Shown here piece after piece: positions 32,377-44,600 of a stretch of DNA of 53,629 nt (positions are counted from its first letter, which is position 1; every line of letters starts with the position of its first letter). This stretch comes from Corallochytrium limacisporum Hawaii (Eukaryota > Protista > Pluriformea). The stretch spans positions 1 to 53,629 of the forward strand of contig PDIP01000133.1 of the NCBI GenBank assembly GCA_002811645.1. The letters run 5' to 3'. Under the pieces are notes generated by a model. It was not told where the DNA came from, searched no databases, and saw only the letters and a list, made by a program, of their open reading frames with translations. The position numbers and the translations under genes were made by a program.

Positions 32377-33076
32377 GGGGGGGGGGGGGGGCGGAAGGGG
32401 GACCGGAACTTATACCTGTGACGCACCACCGTCCATGTTGCGTGGGGTTGGACAGACATTTCTTTTCTACGCAGGGTGCGTGTCCTTGAGGGGCCTAGAC
32501 AGGTACTTTTGAATTCATCGCCTCCGCGTACAGTCAAATGGTTACGAAGCGTGCCCTTAAAGCATGTAGCACGACGACATCACAACGTCGCCATCACCAT
32601 GCTCACATCATGTTGGCTGCCCACCGGTGTTTATATGGTGAGAGTTAGTGGCAAATGATGGTTGGCGGAATAGCACAGACAGGGGGCAACCAGAAATCCC
32701 CGAGCCTCTCTTCGCACCCACCGGCAGTGGCACCGCGGTCCTGTGTGTGATAAATAGTATGGCTCTGATCAGCTACGTGCTTGAGTGATTTTGGAGCAGT
32801 GTGAGTGGCGGGCCGTCAAACCTTGCGTGCTGGACGATAGGGATCAGTCACTGAGCTTATCGACTCGACCCAAGACTTTTTATCTCGTTTTTCCCGTTGT
32901 ACCCGTTTGTTCTTCTTGGTGTGGCCCGCCGCTACACAGGCACAGTCGTACATACACATACTCGCACACACAGACACGGTCATTGCAGTTATCGCAATGA
33001 CGACTTTTTCTTCACACTGGAGGGGGCCCGCGCTGGGCTTTTTTTATCCTAGTGAAGTGGGGCGTTTTGAAAAGCG

Positions 33077-33106
33077 CCCCCCCCCCGCCCCGGGGCGGGG
33101 GGGGGG
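33077..33106. repeat. Perfect 30-bp GC-only palindrome C10-G-C4-G4-C-G10
   Basis: Direct inspection. Confidence 0.85.
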
Positions 33107-34938
33107 GCCAAAAAGCTTGGATAATTTGATTTGGTTTGCACGTTCGCTAGGGTGATGACGCTGTGGATGGCGGGGGAGAAACAACGGGGTGGGAGAGTAC
33201 AACTCTCGGAGGAATACTGGTGGCAGTGGGAACGGGTAAAGTCTGTGAATTGAGGCGATGTTGCGTGAATGTGTGCGAAAAACATTGAAGTATTACGGAA
33301 GGGCAGCAGGAGAGGGAGATTTAAGCGGAATTAAAATGAGTCGCAGGCGCGCAGATGACCTAGCGAAATAAATACCGAAGATAGACTCGCCTGTCACCGT
33401 GATAAATCAGGAAAATAAATCATAAGACTGATTAACGTTTGCAGCACTGAACGGCTCGAAACCACATGGACAGTAAAATTTTCTTACTCTCTTCATACGA
33501 AAAGTGTTTACAGGGAAGACTCAATCAGGGAAATTGATTTGATTAGTTTCTATTCATTCCCGGGATTTAAAGTGAACATTGTTGGACACGTAGAAGGGTT
33601 GGTTGGTGCGACACGCTTTGCCTATCACGGCGCCTGCGCGCCGCCTTCCCTCCCTCATGAGCCAAAAGGGCACAATAACGCTGTACTCAACACCCTGTGT
33701 ATATTTATTTATGTGAGTCACACCCCCAAGGTCCAATCTCAACAAAAAGTGGTACCATTAGCTCGATCATCACCGAACATGATCTCTATCAGCAGCAGCA
33801 GTATTCCCTCCCTTTGTTCACATATAAACAAGACCCTGGACAGAATGACGAAATGAAGCGGACGAAGAACAAGCCAAGGCACAAGCGTGTGGACACACAA
33901 AAAATAAACAGAGGCCCCAACTCCGGTATCCGTTCAAAAGGTAAGGCCCGCTCGCTCTCGCCCCTCTTCTGAGGTCTGTCTGCGCACGCTTGCCTTGATG
34001 CCTGCGCATGCAAACAACTGCACACGTTACGTTTGCTCACCGTTCCATTCCCTAGCCCAAGAAAGCAAGACCCTAAAGTAGCCATGGTAAACATAGAAGC
34101 CTGGAACTTTTGGGGCACGGGTTTTTTTTGGTCTGTCACGGACACGCACCGAGGGTCGATTAGCTGTGAACATTTCGGAAGAGACTGGGCGGGGACAACT
34201 GTTTGGGTGACGTGGAGAGCTGATATTGTTGGTGTTTGCGCACTCCTCACCCCCATTGACACGGGAATATGACTTCAATTGCGGTGGAAACAATGCTGCT
34301 CATGTGATCAAACATCAACACGTTCGCTTTGTCGGGAATCGCTGACCGCATCTGGACATTGTGCAGCATGGACATGAGGTCTGAGTTATTAGCTGTAGTG
34401 TGCTTCTCAATATAACCTCCGACTTGTACATGTTCACCATGCAGACAGTGTCGGCGTTAGTGGCGTTTTCACTAAGCTCTCCATGAGAATTGTGGAGACA
34501 AGCTGACAGGGTTTATGTTGATTGTGCAGGACTGGTCAAGGCTTTCCCTGAGCTTTCTGCCCCGAGCAGTGCGGTGACAATTGTTCGACACAGTTGATCT
34601 TCTTCATCGTTAGTGACATGCTTTCTTCGTGATAGGCGACCGACACGAGAACTCATGGGCCGAGATTTCTCAATCGGAAGGAAGACAATAGTGGCCATAG
34701 CAGAGCCAGGGTAGAGGACAGCGACCAACACCCGTTGGGCAACCGTATACCACAGAGCACACTGGCAATCGCTCGCTGCAATGGTCAAACTCATAGTGAG
34801 CAGTGATCCCGGTACGGTTGAACGCATCACATATCCTTCTCCGACAGAATTAAGTATTCCATCTGGTCACATGCAGGGTCACAGTATGGAGGGACACAAC
34901 AGGAATGCAGAAATTTGAGTGTATGAATGGCTTGCAGC

Positions 34939-35000
<62 letters not shown>
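34939..35000. repeat. (ATG)~20 trinucleotide microsatellite just 3' of the Tpt1 gene
   Basis: Direct inspection. Confidence 0.97.
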
Positions 35001-35085
35001 AATTATGTGTTCAAATGAATATGCATAGGGATAAAGGAATGCGTGTTGATATACCGCGCTGAGCTGTGGCAACGGCAACTCTCCT

Positions 35086-35811
35086 TTACACATCGTGTAG
35101 GAGTAGATCCTCTTCGAGGAGTTCGTTGGTGCTTGGATTGCGTTTCTTGACCATTAAGAAGAAATCCGGAGGAATGTAGCCTTCAGCGTTGCCACCACTA
35201 AGGATAACGTTGTTCGCAGATCGGAAGAACGTTATGCCCGCATCCATGGCCTTGGCGACGTCGATATAGATGACAAGATTGCAGTTGGACCGCATGCCAC
35301 TGACAACATCAGTACCTTCTCCCGGCGGCAAACCTACGGCCATATGAATGTGCTGCCGCCTCATGCGACTGAGCCCAGTCTTCTTTATCGCTTCCCAAAT
35401 TCGTTGGTAGGTGCCATGCACTACCACGGGCACATCTCCAGCGTCCGTGACTTGTTCCATGTCTACTGCGACAGTCACTCTGGCTGAGTGACCCTGATTG
35501 GCGCGAATGTACCATTCATCGGTTCCATCCTCTTTCAAAGAGAAACGTTGCTTATCGTTGGTCTCGACGGCTTCACGGATTGCAGCGAAGTCAACAAATC
35601 GCTTCAGCCGGAGCTGTAAATACCCCTGCAGATTTTCTACTTTGACCCAGCCATCTTCAGAAATGGGAATACCTTCCTTCGCAGCTCCATGTCGCAGAAT
35701 GTAACTCATGGTCTTGCTTAATTGGACCTCCGGGGGATCGTTACCCGGCTTTCCACCGCGACCACGTGCCCTGTATCCTCGTCCGCGGTTGTTTCCTCTT
35801 GAGCTAGCCAT
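35086..35811 (-). CDS. TPT1: tRNA 2'-phosphotransferase (Tpt1/KptA/TRPT1)
   Basis: LSKTMSYILRHGA, NDKQRF, IRANQGHS, VVHGT, GLSRMRRQHIH, SGMRSNC and SANNVIL, with an RG-rich N-terminus. First ATG is at 35811. Confidence 0.97.
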   Translation of the reverse strand: MASSRGNNRGRGYRARGRGGKPGNDPPEVQLSKTMSYILRHGAAKEGIPISEDGWVKVENLQGYLQLRLKRFVDFAAIREAVETNDKQRFSLKEDGTDEWYIRANQGHSARVTVAVDMEQVTDAGDVPVVVHGTYQRIWEAIKKTGLSRMRRQHIHMAVGLPPGEGTDVVSGMRSNCNLVIYIDVAKAMDAGITFFRSANNVILSGGNAEGYIPPDFFLMVKKRNPSTNELLEEDLLLHDV

Positions 35812-36145
35812 GATCTGAAACTTGTCAGTGGAACAGGATGCCGGATTCAACCAACGGCAGACCACGTACACCCGTTGTTGTGATTGTGATGTTTGTAATG
35901 TGAGACTCTAGGACCAGCACGGCTTCGTCTCATTTCTCTGTGCCGCGAGATAAATCGTTTCTCTGTTCCCTTGGTGATTCAACAGTGGCCGCCAAGAGAA
36001 TAACACGGGTCTTGGCGCTCTTTTCGTTTCGTCCGCCACCTGCAACCCCATTTGGGAACATTTTCCCCACTTTGTCTTCTTTTAGAAGAGCCACTACTGC
36101 AGGAAAGGGACATTTCAAGAGAACGTACGCGCTTCTATTACACTG

Positions 36146-37252
36146 TTACTGGTTCGATGCGAACAGTTGCTTGCTAGCAAAGTCCAGAGCATTTTGTTGC
36201 TCCGGGACCATGGACACGGTCAGGAATCCGTGCACAGTGTCCTTGATGTCTAGGAAATGCACGGGTACCCCTTGCAACCGCAGCCACTCTGCGTAGGCTA
36301 TGCCGTCATCGTTAAGCGGATCTAATTCAGCGGTGATGATTACTGCCTCCGGCAATTCATCGTACGGCTTTGTCACCCCGGTGGACCCGTAGTATCCAAG
36401 AGGATTTGCATATGGTTGCTTAGCCGCCCGTGCCGATGCTTGCCGGTAAGCCTCCCTTGCTGGCATCACGGACTGAGGGACTCCAAAGTACCCAGCGTAG
36501 AAGAAATATCCCGTCCATTCCGGGCGCACAAGGGCGTTCTCGTGTTTGACCCTAGATTCCGTGGCGGAAAGGAAAAATCCAGGATACACAAGGATCTGTC
36601 CCTTTGGCAAAATGACTTGCGGCATAGCACTCCGGTTGTCCAGGACTTTGAGGCAGATTACCGCGGCTAGATTGCCGCCCGCGCTGTCACCCATCGTGTA
36701 GACTTTGCTACGGTCAGCACCACGCAAAAACTCTTGCTCAGCTGCACTAACGGGCCCACGGGCACCACCACCACCGGCACCGATAACCGGTGCCGAGGGT
36801 AGGGCAGCAGAGAGCCAGAGCAAGACACTGAAGCAATCTTCGATACCAGCAGGGAAACGATGCTCCGGTGCCAAACGGTATTCCGGGCTGATCACAAGCG
36901 CATCGTATGACATGGCAATTTTTTTGCAGAGGGCATCATAGCTATGCTCCTTGGCGCTACCAATCGTAAAGCCGCCACCATGGATGTAGAAGATTACCCT
37001 ACCGCTGCGATAGTTGGCTGGTCGGAACAGGCGGAACAGTACCCGATTGTCCGGAATGGGGTCATCTTTCCATAAACTAGCAGCATCAGCATCTATTGTA
37101 TTGACTTTGTCACTTCCACTGACGGTAGGTACGGCACGGTTGATGTACTCTTTCCATGCGCGGCGATTTAACTTACTGCCCTGGTATGCGCCCGTGTACC
37201 AGAAAACAAGCCTTACAAGGACGTCTAAGACGTAGAATATAACGTGTGGCAT
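36146..37252 (-). CDS. GDXG/HSL-family alpha/beta hydrolase (arylacetamide deacetylase-like esterase/lipase)
   Basis: YIHGGGF, EYRLAPEHRFPAGIED, GDSAGGNLA, AELDPL and HGF catalytic-triad motifs, with a hydrophobic N-terminus. Confidence 0.95.
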   Translation of the reverse strand: MPHVIFYVLDVLVRLVFWYTGAYQGSKLNRRAWKEYINRAVPTVSGSDKVNTIDADAASLWKDDPIPDNRVLFRLFRPANYRSGRVIFYIHGGGFTIGSAKEHSYDALCKKIAMSYDALVISPEYRLAPEHRFPAGIEDCFSVLLWLSAALPSAPVIGAGGGGARGPVSAAEQEFLRGADRSKVYTMGDSAGGNLAAVICLKVLDNRSAMPQVILPKGQILVYPGFFLSATESRVKHENALVRPEWTGYFFYAGYFGVPQSVMPAREAYRQASARAAKQPYANPLGYYGSTGVTKPYDELPEAVIITAELDPLNDDGIAYAEWLRLQGVPVHFLDIKDTVHGFLTVSMVPEQQNALDFASKQLFASNQ

Positions 37253-38956
37253 AGCTAAACTATGTGATACTTTGATTAGCTACTTGTTATCGCGGTCACT
37301 CACGCGCAACGCAGCGCCAGATGAGAACCCCCAGAGTACTGTTCTTGAATAGCTTTGGGTCTGCCGGCGTAGGGTGTCTCCACCGGATCGGTTTCGTACT
37401 ACTACTCTCTGAGTATGGCGTTTCGTGTCAGAGGTGGGCAATTGAGGTTTACCTGATTTGTGGTGGTGGGGGGGGGGGGGGGGGAGTGGGTGTTTGCGGT
37501 GGGGCGAAACAAAGACGGACAGACTTAGGGATCGTACAGCTTTAGTTCGCGGTGTTCTTGCGCAGGCTGTGTCTCCGCACAAGTGATGTGTGTTAGGTAG
37601 AGTTGGGCACAAAAAATTACCACTTGCGCTCCATGGAAGAAACAAAGGTGGGTGGGTCACAGGAGGAAAAATTCAGGGGAACGCAACACCACAACCAGAG
37701 GACATATTGTTTCTGTATCTTGCTTTGTGATACCACAGACACGTAAACATTCAGGTAGGGTACATTCAGTATTGTTTGTACGGAACGAGGGTCTTCTTCC
37801 CACCGCCGTCAGTATGTTCCGTCCGAATGTGCCCAGTTTTCGTTACTCTGCTTTTGCGAGCACGGGACACCAAATGAACGGTCAGGTAGGAGACGGAGAG
37901 GAGGGGGGGGGGCCTGGGGAAGGGGAGAGAGAGGACGAGGCCCCCGTTTCAGGGAAAATCCCTGGGGAAGCGGACAAGCGAGCGGACCGGACCAGGGACA
38001 TGGACTTCAGTTTAGCCCGCAATTGTCCACCCCAGAGAATCCCAACGCGAGAATATAATTGTGACAGTGGTGCTATATGAGATGCAATAAAAACGCAATG
38101 CATATTATTGTAACACTATTGAACTAGTTTGTATGTTGGCGGTCAGTTTTGAGTCCGCTCCAATGACACTTTATTGTTGATTAGTAGCCTCCACCTGCGG
38201 TTTTCATGGACTCCGGACATAAACGTGTAAGTGTTTATTCATGATGTTAAATATAAGTTAACTATTACAATGGAGCAAGTATACATTAACCGTTCTGGCA
38301 AGATAATGCGAAGGTTTTGGATGCTTTATCTCTCTTGGTTACATATTCTCAAATGGTGTTCCTGCCATGTCAATGGGTAGAAATGATTGAATTTGAATTC
38401 ACAGCCGCCCAAAGGATTGAATTCTATTTTAATTATAATAGCATATAGTACACGCAATCAAATTTGAACACACCCGATCTTCTTGTCAATGGTTGTGGGG
38501 AACGATTCTCCATTCATCTTGCATTCCATGCGCTAACTCGAAGACATTACGTAGAAGAAAATGACAATCTGTCAACAGATACTCTTGAGCGTCATATGAG
38601 GAATTTCAACACTGTATTGGATGTGCGCGTAAATACTCAAAAGAGTATTATATACACAATTATTTCCTCTCTAAATAGCTCTCGAAAGTTAAGTATATAT
38701 TCCCATCTTTTGTGGGATGTAGGAGAAGACCCTATGGGTATTAACAACCCATCAAATTTTCAGCTTAATTCAACGAAAACACAAGAATCTGCCACACAGG
38801 TTCGAAGATCGATACAGGCTTGTCGTCGGCAACCCGCCAGGAACAGCAACCAGCGGAGGACAGAGTTCACACACTTCCAAAGGGTAGGAGGTATTGATCC
38901 GTAATGCTGAGTGAGGAAGATTTAGGAGCCACAAAGCTGATAACATTAAAGTGAGG

Positions 38957-41449
38957 ATGGCCCCCCGCCCCGGGGGGGGGGGTCGCCCCAGAGTTGCGGC
39001 GCTTACGTATTCAAAACATTCCGGGTCTGCCTGGCAGATGGGGGGTACCTTCGTACCAGTACGGATGGGCTTGGATGCAGCACCACCGGACACAGTAACG
39101 ATGAGAGATGGCGACGGTCAAACATGGTGCGGATGTCCATTACTGTACACAATCGGCATCGATGTCGGGACATCAGCTGTGAAGATAGTCCTCGTCGCGG
39201 CACGATCTATGGAGATCAAACCTTTAACCATCGACCAGAGACCAGTGGATAATCATTCCAAGACAATCAGGGTTCAGGCAGCAGCAGGGTCATGCCATTG
39301 TGAATGTCATATCAAGGTGGGCGCAGGCCTATGTGGCGTTGGCGACATCGTCGCATACCAGAGCTATGCAGTTGCCCCGCCGACGAGCACTCGAAAGGGA
39401 GAATCAGTGCAAGATCCAAAGTCTTGGACTCTGGGGTGGACTGACGTGAACGGGATCTTTCGCTATGATAGATGGATCTATGCGGAAAGAACGGAGCGGT
39501 GGAATAAGCACTGTGATGAACTTGCTGATTTTTATTCAAGACACGGACTGCTCCGATCCGAGAGTCGCGTTGGCCAACCATATGACTTGCTAAAGGATAG
39601 ACTTAGTGCCGTCAAATTCAACAGCGACGACTGTGTGATTGACTTACAACCCACCCATATGTGCGATTGGTGTCCGCAACGAGTGGTCTACGGCCTTGCA
39701 GGTGTCAGTCTCTCAGGACAGATGCATTCTGCGGTGCTGCTTCGTCCTGATGAAAGTCACCATCAAACAGATTCGAAACTACCAATCCGTTGGAAAGCTG
39801 ATCCGTACTGTATGCTGTGGAATGACAGTCAAGCACATCATCACGCCGCGGCCATGAACGAGACACCGGAACTACTTAGGGCTCTGGCCAACCTCATCAT
39901 GCCCGGTTTTACTGCGCCTAAGTTGCGATATTTGTGCGAGGACTTGAACAAGCGTGAGTTTACGACGTGCGTCATGCCCAAGGATTGGGTGCGTTGTCGA
40001 CTTCTCGAAGCGCAGGGGTTTCTTGCGGAGCCATCTGAAGGGGCAACCAGGTCGTTATATAGTCCAATCAAAGGCTGGGACCCCGTTACGGACTACAGCG
40101 ACGCAAGCGGGACTATGCATTTACGGCTAGCTGGGACTGGCGCACATAGTCCAGAAAGGGGTGGTAGGGGCAACTGGCTGCATCAGTTCAGGCAAGATTG
40201 CTTCCGTCTTCCGGACTGTTTCTCCTGGCCGGCGCTATCCGAATCGACAGAACCAGACACGGGCAATTGCGTCCTTGCGGTCGTTGATAACGACAATGAC
40301 AGTCCTGGTTACTGCATTCGCGTGTACATGGGCGCAGCCGACAATGCTGCGGCCGCTGTGGGTATGGGTGTCGTTGCCAACGCTCTACAGCGTCGTCAAT
40401 CAAAAGGACGCAATCAGGAGAACGACATGGGAGATAGAGGGACATCTCGTTGGCTGATGTCCCTAGGCACGTCAGGGACGACAGTTATACCGCCGGCTTG
40501 CGAGAGTGTGTACCCAGACGCAGCCGAGGCCGGTGTGCACACCTTCTACGGCGCTCTCCCTTATGAACATTACTTTATGGCCGTGCACCTCTCGGCCGCG
40601 AGTGCCATGAGCTGGTGGACATCCATCTGTCGTGGTCCGACATCAGCATCGACTGAAAATTTACACGTCACAGAATCGTCGTTAATTGCGGAACTGTTCA
40701 CAGACACTGGCATGGCGGACAGTATAAGTTCGAGAGAGGAGAACGCAAATGCCTATGACGATGCACTTCACTGCGTCGCCTACGGGCCCACGGACGCTAA
40801 CAGGAATGGTTATGAATTATTCTTTATTCCATACCTGAGCGGTGAGCGCACACCTTTCGACATCACTGCTGGCCACGGAACCTTCCTCGGGCTCTCGCCT
40901 ACAACCACTCGAATGGACATGACCCGTGCGGTTCTTCAAGGTGTGGCATTTGCCTTCCGGCTGGGAGTAACAGCGGTTACTGATTCGGTGGGTGGGAAAT
41001 GCAGCTGTCCACGCACGGCGTCCAAACATGTAGCAGATGAAGACAACACCGAAGTACTGCTAGTCGGAGGCGGTGCGCGATCTTGGATCTGGCGCGCAAT
41101 ATTTGCGGCGGTGATGCAGAAGCCCATGGTTGCACCGGTTGGGCACAACACCGCGGCCGCGGTTGGTGCCGCACGCTTGGCAGTACTGGGCGTGAAACGC
41201 GAACGCAGACGTCTACTGCGCTCTGGTACAGACAGCCATGCCACGGCTGACCAACTTTGTCCCTACGGCCCAGAGGAAGCTATCGACATCGCGCAAGACT
41301 GCTGGACACCGAAACAAACGGAGGCCCCAACAATGGTAGTGCCCGAACGGTACGCGGCGGATTGGAATGCAAAGTATAACCGCTGGTGCAAGACCGTGCA
41401 TGTCATGCACCAGGCTGGACTATTTCGTCATACTAATGGGGAGGAGTAG
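38957..41449 (+). CDS. xylB: FGGY-family carbohydrate kinase, bacterial XylB-type xylulokinase with large insertions (start uncertain: ATG at 38957, 39038, 39065 or 39101)
   Basis: IGIDVGTSAVK, SGQMH, LWND, NLIMPGFTAPKL, MPKDWVR, DYSDASGT, DNAAAAVGMG, SLGTSGT, PYLSGERTP, GGGARS and GAARLA. Confidence 0.88.
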   Translation: MAPRPGGGGRPRVAALTYSKHSGSAWQMGGTFVPVRMGLDAAPPDTVTMRDGDGQTWCGCPLLYTIGIDVGTSAVKIVLVAARSMEIKPLTIDQRPVDNHSKTIRVQAAAGSCHCECHIKVGAGLCGVGDIVAYQSYAVAPPTSTRKGESVQDPKSWTLGWTDVNGIFRYDRWIYAERTERWNKHCDELADFYSRHGLLRSESRVGQPYDLLKDRLSAVKFNSDDCVIDLQPTHMCDWCPQRVVYGLAGVSLSGQMHSAVLLRPDESHHQTDSKLPIRWKADPYCMLWNDSQAHHHAAAMNETPELLRALANLIMPGFTAPKLRYLCEDLNKREFTTCVMPKDWVRCRLLEAQGFLAEPSEGATRSLYSPIKGWDPVTDYSDASGTMHLRLAGTGAHSPERGGRGNWLHQFRQDCFRLPDCFSWPALSESTEPDTGNCVLAVVDNDNDSPGYCIRVYMGAADNAAAAVGMGVVANALQRRQSKGRNQENDMGDRGTSRWLMSLGTSGTTVIPPACESVYPDAAEAGVHTFYGALPYEHYFMAVHLSAASAMSWWTSICRGPTSASTENLHVTESSLIAELFTDTGMADSISSREENANAYDDALHCVAYGPTDANRNGYELFFIPYLSGERTPFDITAGHGTFLGLSPTTTRMDMTRAVLQGVAFAFRLGVTAVTDSVGGKCSCPRTASKHVADEDNTEVLLVGGGARSWIWRAIFAAVMQKPMVAPVGHNTAAAVGAARLAVLGVKRERRRLLRSGTDSHATADQLCPYGPEEAIDIAQDCWTPKQTEAPTMVVPERYAADWNAKYNRWCKTVHVMHQAGLFRHTNGEE

Positions 41450-41679
41450 AGCGAATAAATTTTCGTCATACTTCCTCAACGTTTACGTGGTGCTGGCCCC
41501 AGATTCGCGGTTTATATATACCACAGTACTTTCAACACTTGAGCGGTGACTCAAACGTTGCCATTTCTAACCAAATTGTATTATCTTCGCCTAAACAGCG
41601 TTCGTATTATTGAAGCAAGTAGTGTTTTCTATGCAACAAAACCACACAATTTCCAACCTTGAGTTCATAATTCCTTCGC

Positions 41680-44600
41680 TCATCCACGACGTCGCAAACT
41701 GCGCAAGTGGTTAGTCATTTGAATGATTCGGGTGAGCAATTCCGTTAAGGTGATAGTCTTATCCGAGTATTGGAACACGCCCGGATAGCCCCCGAGCAGG
41801 AGTGTTAAATTGCCCAGAAGACGGCTGATCCGTCCATTGCCATCCTCGAAGGGATGAATGTAGTGGACGAGAGCGCTGTAGACATAGAATGCCATCACGG
41901 GGGCTGGCCAGGAGCCGTCTGCTGTCTTGCGGGCCACCACGCGCCCGACGTAGTCGACCATTGCCGGCACCTCTTCGTATGGAGCAAACACGCGGTAAAA
42001 GTGAAGGAACATGTAACTGCCAACGACCCAATTCGTCCGGAAGGCCCCTTTGGTCTTGTCTTCCTGCAGATTCATGGCACGGTGTAGGCTCAAGAGACGG
42101 TCGACACTGACCAACAGCGCTGCCGCGGCTGTGCCTGACGGCGCACTGCGTGTGGGAGTTTTAGGGCCCATTGTGGTATCTGTCTCGTTGCTGCCACTGC
42201 TGCCGTTCTCTTCACTGTCCTCCTGTGTGGCCTGTTGAATGTCCTGGATGATAGCATTGAGCTGTTCCATACAGCCCAAGCATTCTGCTTCCTCGGCATT
42301 GACGCCACCCGAGTTTATTTGCGTCGCTTGACGACTGCCCAACGTCTTGTAGACAAGTGACGTCGTAAATTGCGCTTTGCTGGCGTTCTCCGGATCCGCA
42401 CAAGAAAGGACCTCATCACGACGCTTAAAGTCCTGCCATTCTTTCCAGATGGTTGTTTCCATCTGTCGCAAATGACGCCAGATTGGTGATTCGGGCATAC
42501 CAGGGCCGTAGAATGGGCCGAGATTCTCATCCCTTTCGGCCAGCTCTCGTTCCGATGGTACAATCGCGTTGGGATCGCCGGCACTGTTTAGGTAGAGAAG
42601 ATCCTTGCTGCCGCTTCCCAAGTTTTCAAATTCAGCGTCGTCCATCATCATGTCGTTAGCGTTGTCGACGCCATCAGCCCCTACCAGGTTAATACTCGCA
42701 GAGCTTCCCTTGCCCGAGTCTCGGTGTACGGACGTTTTTGCCAAGGCCTCCACAAGCAGTTCCCGCGGGTATTGGTGTCGCGCATCGCGTCGGGTCTTAA
42801 GTCGAGGCCAAAGGCCGTATTCCTTTAAACGCCAGACCATCCGTGTAGCCTGCTCGCGGACCGGAGTGCGAGACGTCTGCTGCGGGCTCACAGTGAGCAT
42901 GAATCGCAGCGCAGCAGCAATCGAGTCCACGACCATAGGCCACTCCTCCATATCACGCAAGCTCGGCGCGGCCTCCACAAGAGGTTCAAGCACAGCCATA
43001 CCGGCTTTGTGCTCATCACTGTTCATAGCTTCGAGCCAGAAGTTAACCAGACAGAGCGCCTGCGTGTCTAGCAGAATTTTTAGGCCGCATCCCAGCCCGA
43101 GGCGCAGAACGCCCGGTCCAGCGCCCGGGAAGTGGACGTCCGGATGCCTCGGCGGCGCGTTGTGGTAGTATTCACCCGGGGTCGTGCTTCGCAGTGGATT
43201 CAGGTCGTACCGATCCTGTTTTCCACCGGCACCTGCCATCGAGTGGCGAGACCTGCTGTCTATACCACCTTGGTTGCAGACCGAGATTTTGGCAAACACT
43301 CCCTTGACTACTTCAGCAAATTCGTGACGAGACACGTCCTCCGTTGGGAGACGAACGCAGGCACTCATCATGTGCGCAACCAGGTGCGCGACTTCCATGA
43401 AGTACGCGATCATCTCGTGGAATTCCTTTCGCTCGTCCTTAGCGAAAAAGACAAAGACGCCCAATTCTTCCTCTTCCTGGTCAATCATTATGGGCATAGC
43501 AAAGCTGGATTTCAGCTCTGCGGCCCGGGCCATTGGCGCACGCAAAAAGTTAGCTTGATGCATTTTGAGTGCGTCCTCGCGCCAAACGTGGCGTCGTCCG
43601 TTAATGGGGACGCCACCGAAAAACACATTCGGGTCAATAGCCAAGCGCTCGGACACTTCCCGGAAGAGCACTACCTGCGGATCCTCCGAATACTGGCGGT
43701 CGAGGTAGCTTACATGGCGGCAGCACTCGAGTGTGACGAGCTTTGGATTCACGGTCCACATTTCACCGTACGTCCACACGCCCAAGCGTCCCAGGAAAAG
43801 GAGCAGCGCAGTCATGGCCTTGTGTACAATGTCCCGGTGTTTGCCAAACCGACGGCAGCACTTACCCGGCACCATCGTGCCAAGGTTCACGTCTGGGTCA
43901 TCAAGCGTTAGTCCACGCTTGACCACAATCTTAACGCTCATGTTGATAAAATCGGCGAGCGATTGGTGGCCATTGCGGAGCGCATCGCTGAACGGCGTGT
44001 TCCCCCAACGATCCATGCAGTCGCTCTGAGCCCCCTTTTCAAGAAGGTACTTGACTACTTCAAAATGTCCCTCCGCGCTAGCTAAATGCAACGCGGTCCG
44101 CTTGTCATAGTCGGATGCATTGACATCTGCGTGCTTGTCCTCGACAAGGAACCGCACGTAGTCCAAGTCACCCCGGTGCGCAGCCAAGCATAGGTCACTG
44201 GACGCCGGATACTCAGCTGCATTGCTCGGGGTGGCGCCGTGGGTGAGCAAGATGTTCTCAATTTCGTGACGATTGTACTGCAATGCGGTCCGCACCGGTG
44301 TGGTACCGTATCGATCAGTAGCATTCACGTCCGCGCCTTTGGCAATCAAATATTCAACCACATCCACGTGACCTGCTGCAACGGCCAGATGGAGCGCGGT
44401 GCGGCCATCGAAGTCGCGGCACGCGTGCCCGTTAACATCCATTTTCCCATTTTCCACCAACTTGCGCAGCTCACGAAGCTGTCCCAGACTGGCTAACGCG
44501 CAAATCTTGGCGCCCAGACCATGCGCACGTTCACCATCTGTTACGGCGCCCTGGCTCTTCAGAAACTCAGCCACCTTAAGGTGACCGTTCGCGACCGCGT

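Noticed and set aside
34505-34560. VYVDCAGLVKAF, resembling the reverse transcriptase D..KAFD motif upstream of the (ATG)n tract
   Set aside because: No other RT motifs were found nearby; probably chance.
34827-35093. ORF with a poly-Ile tract
   Set aside because: Translation of the (ATG/CAT)n microsatellite.
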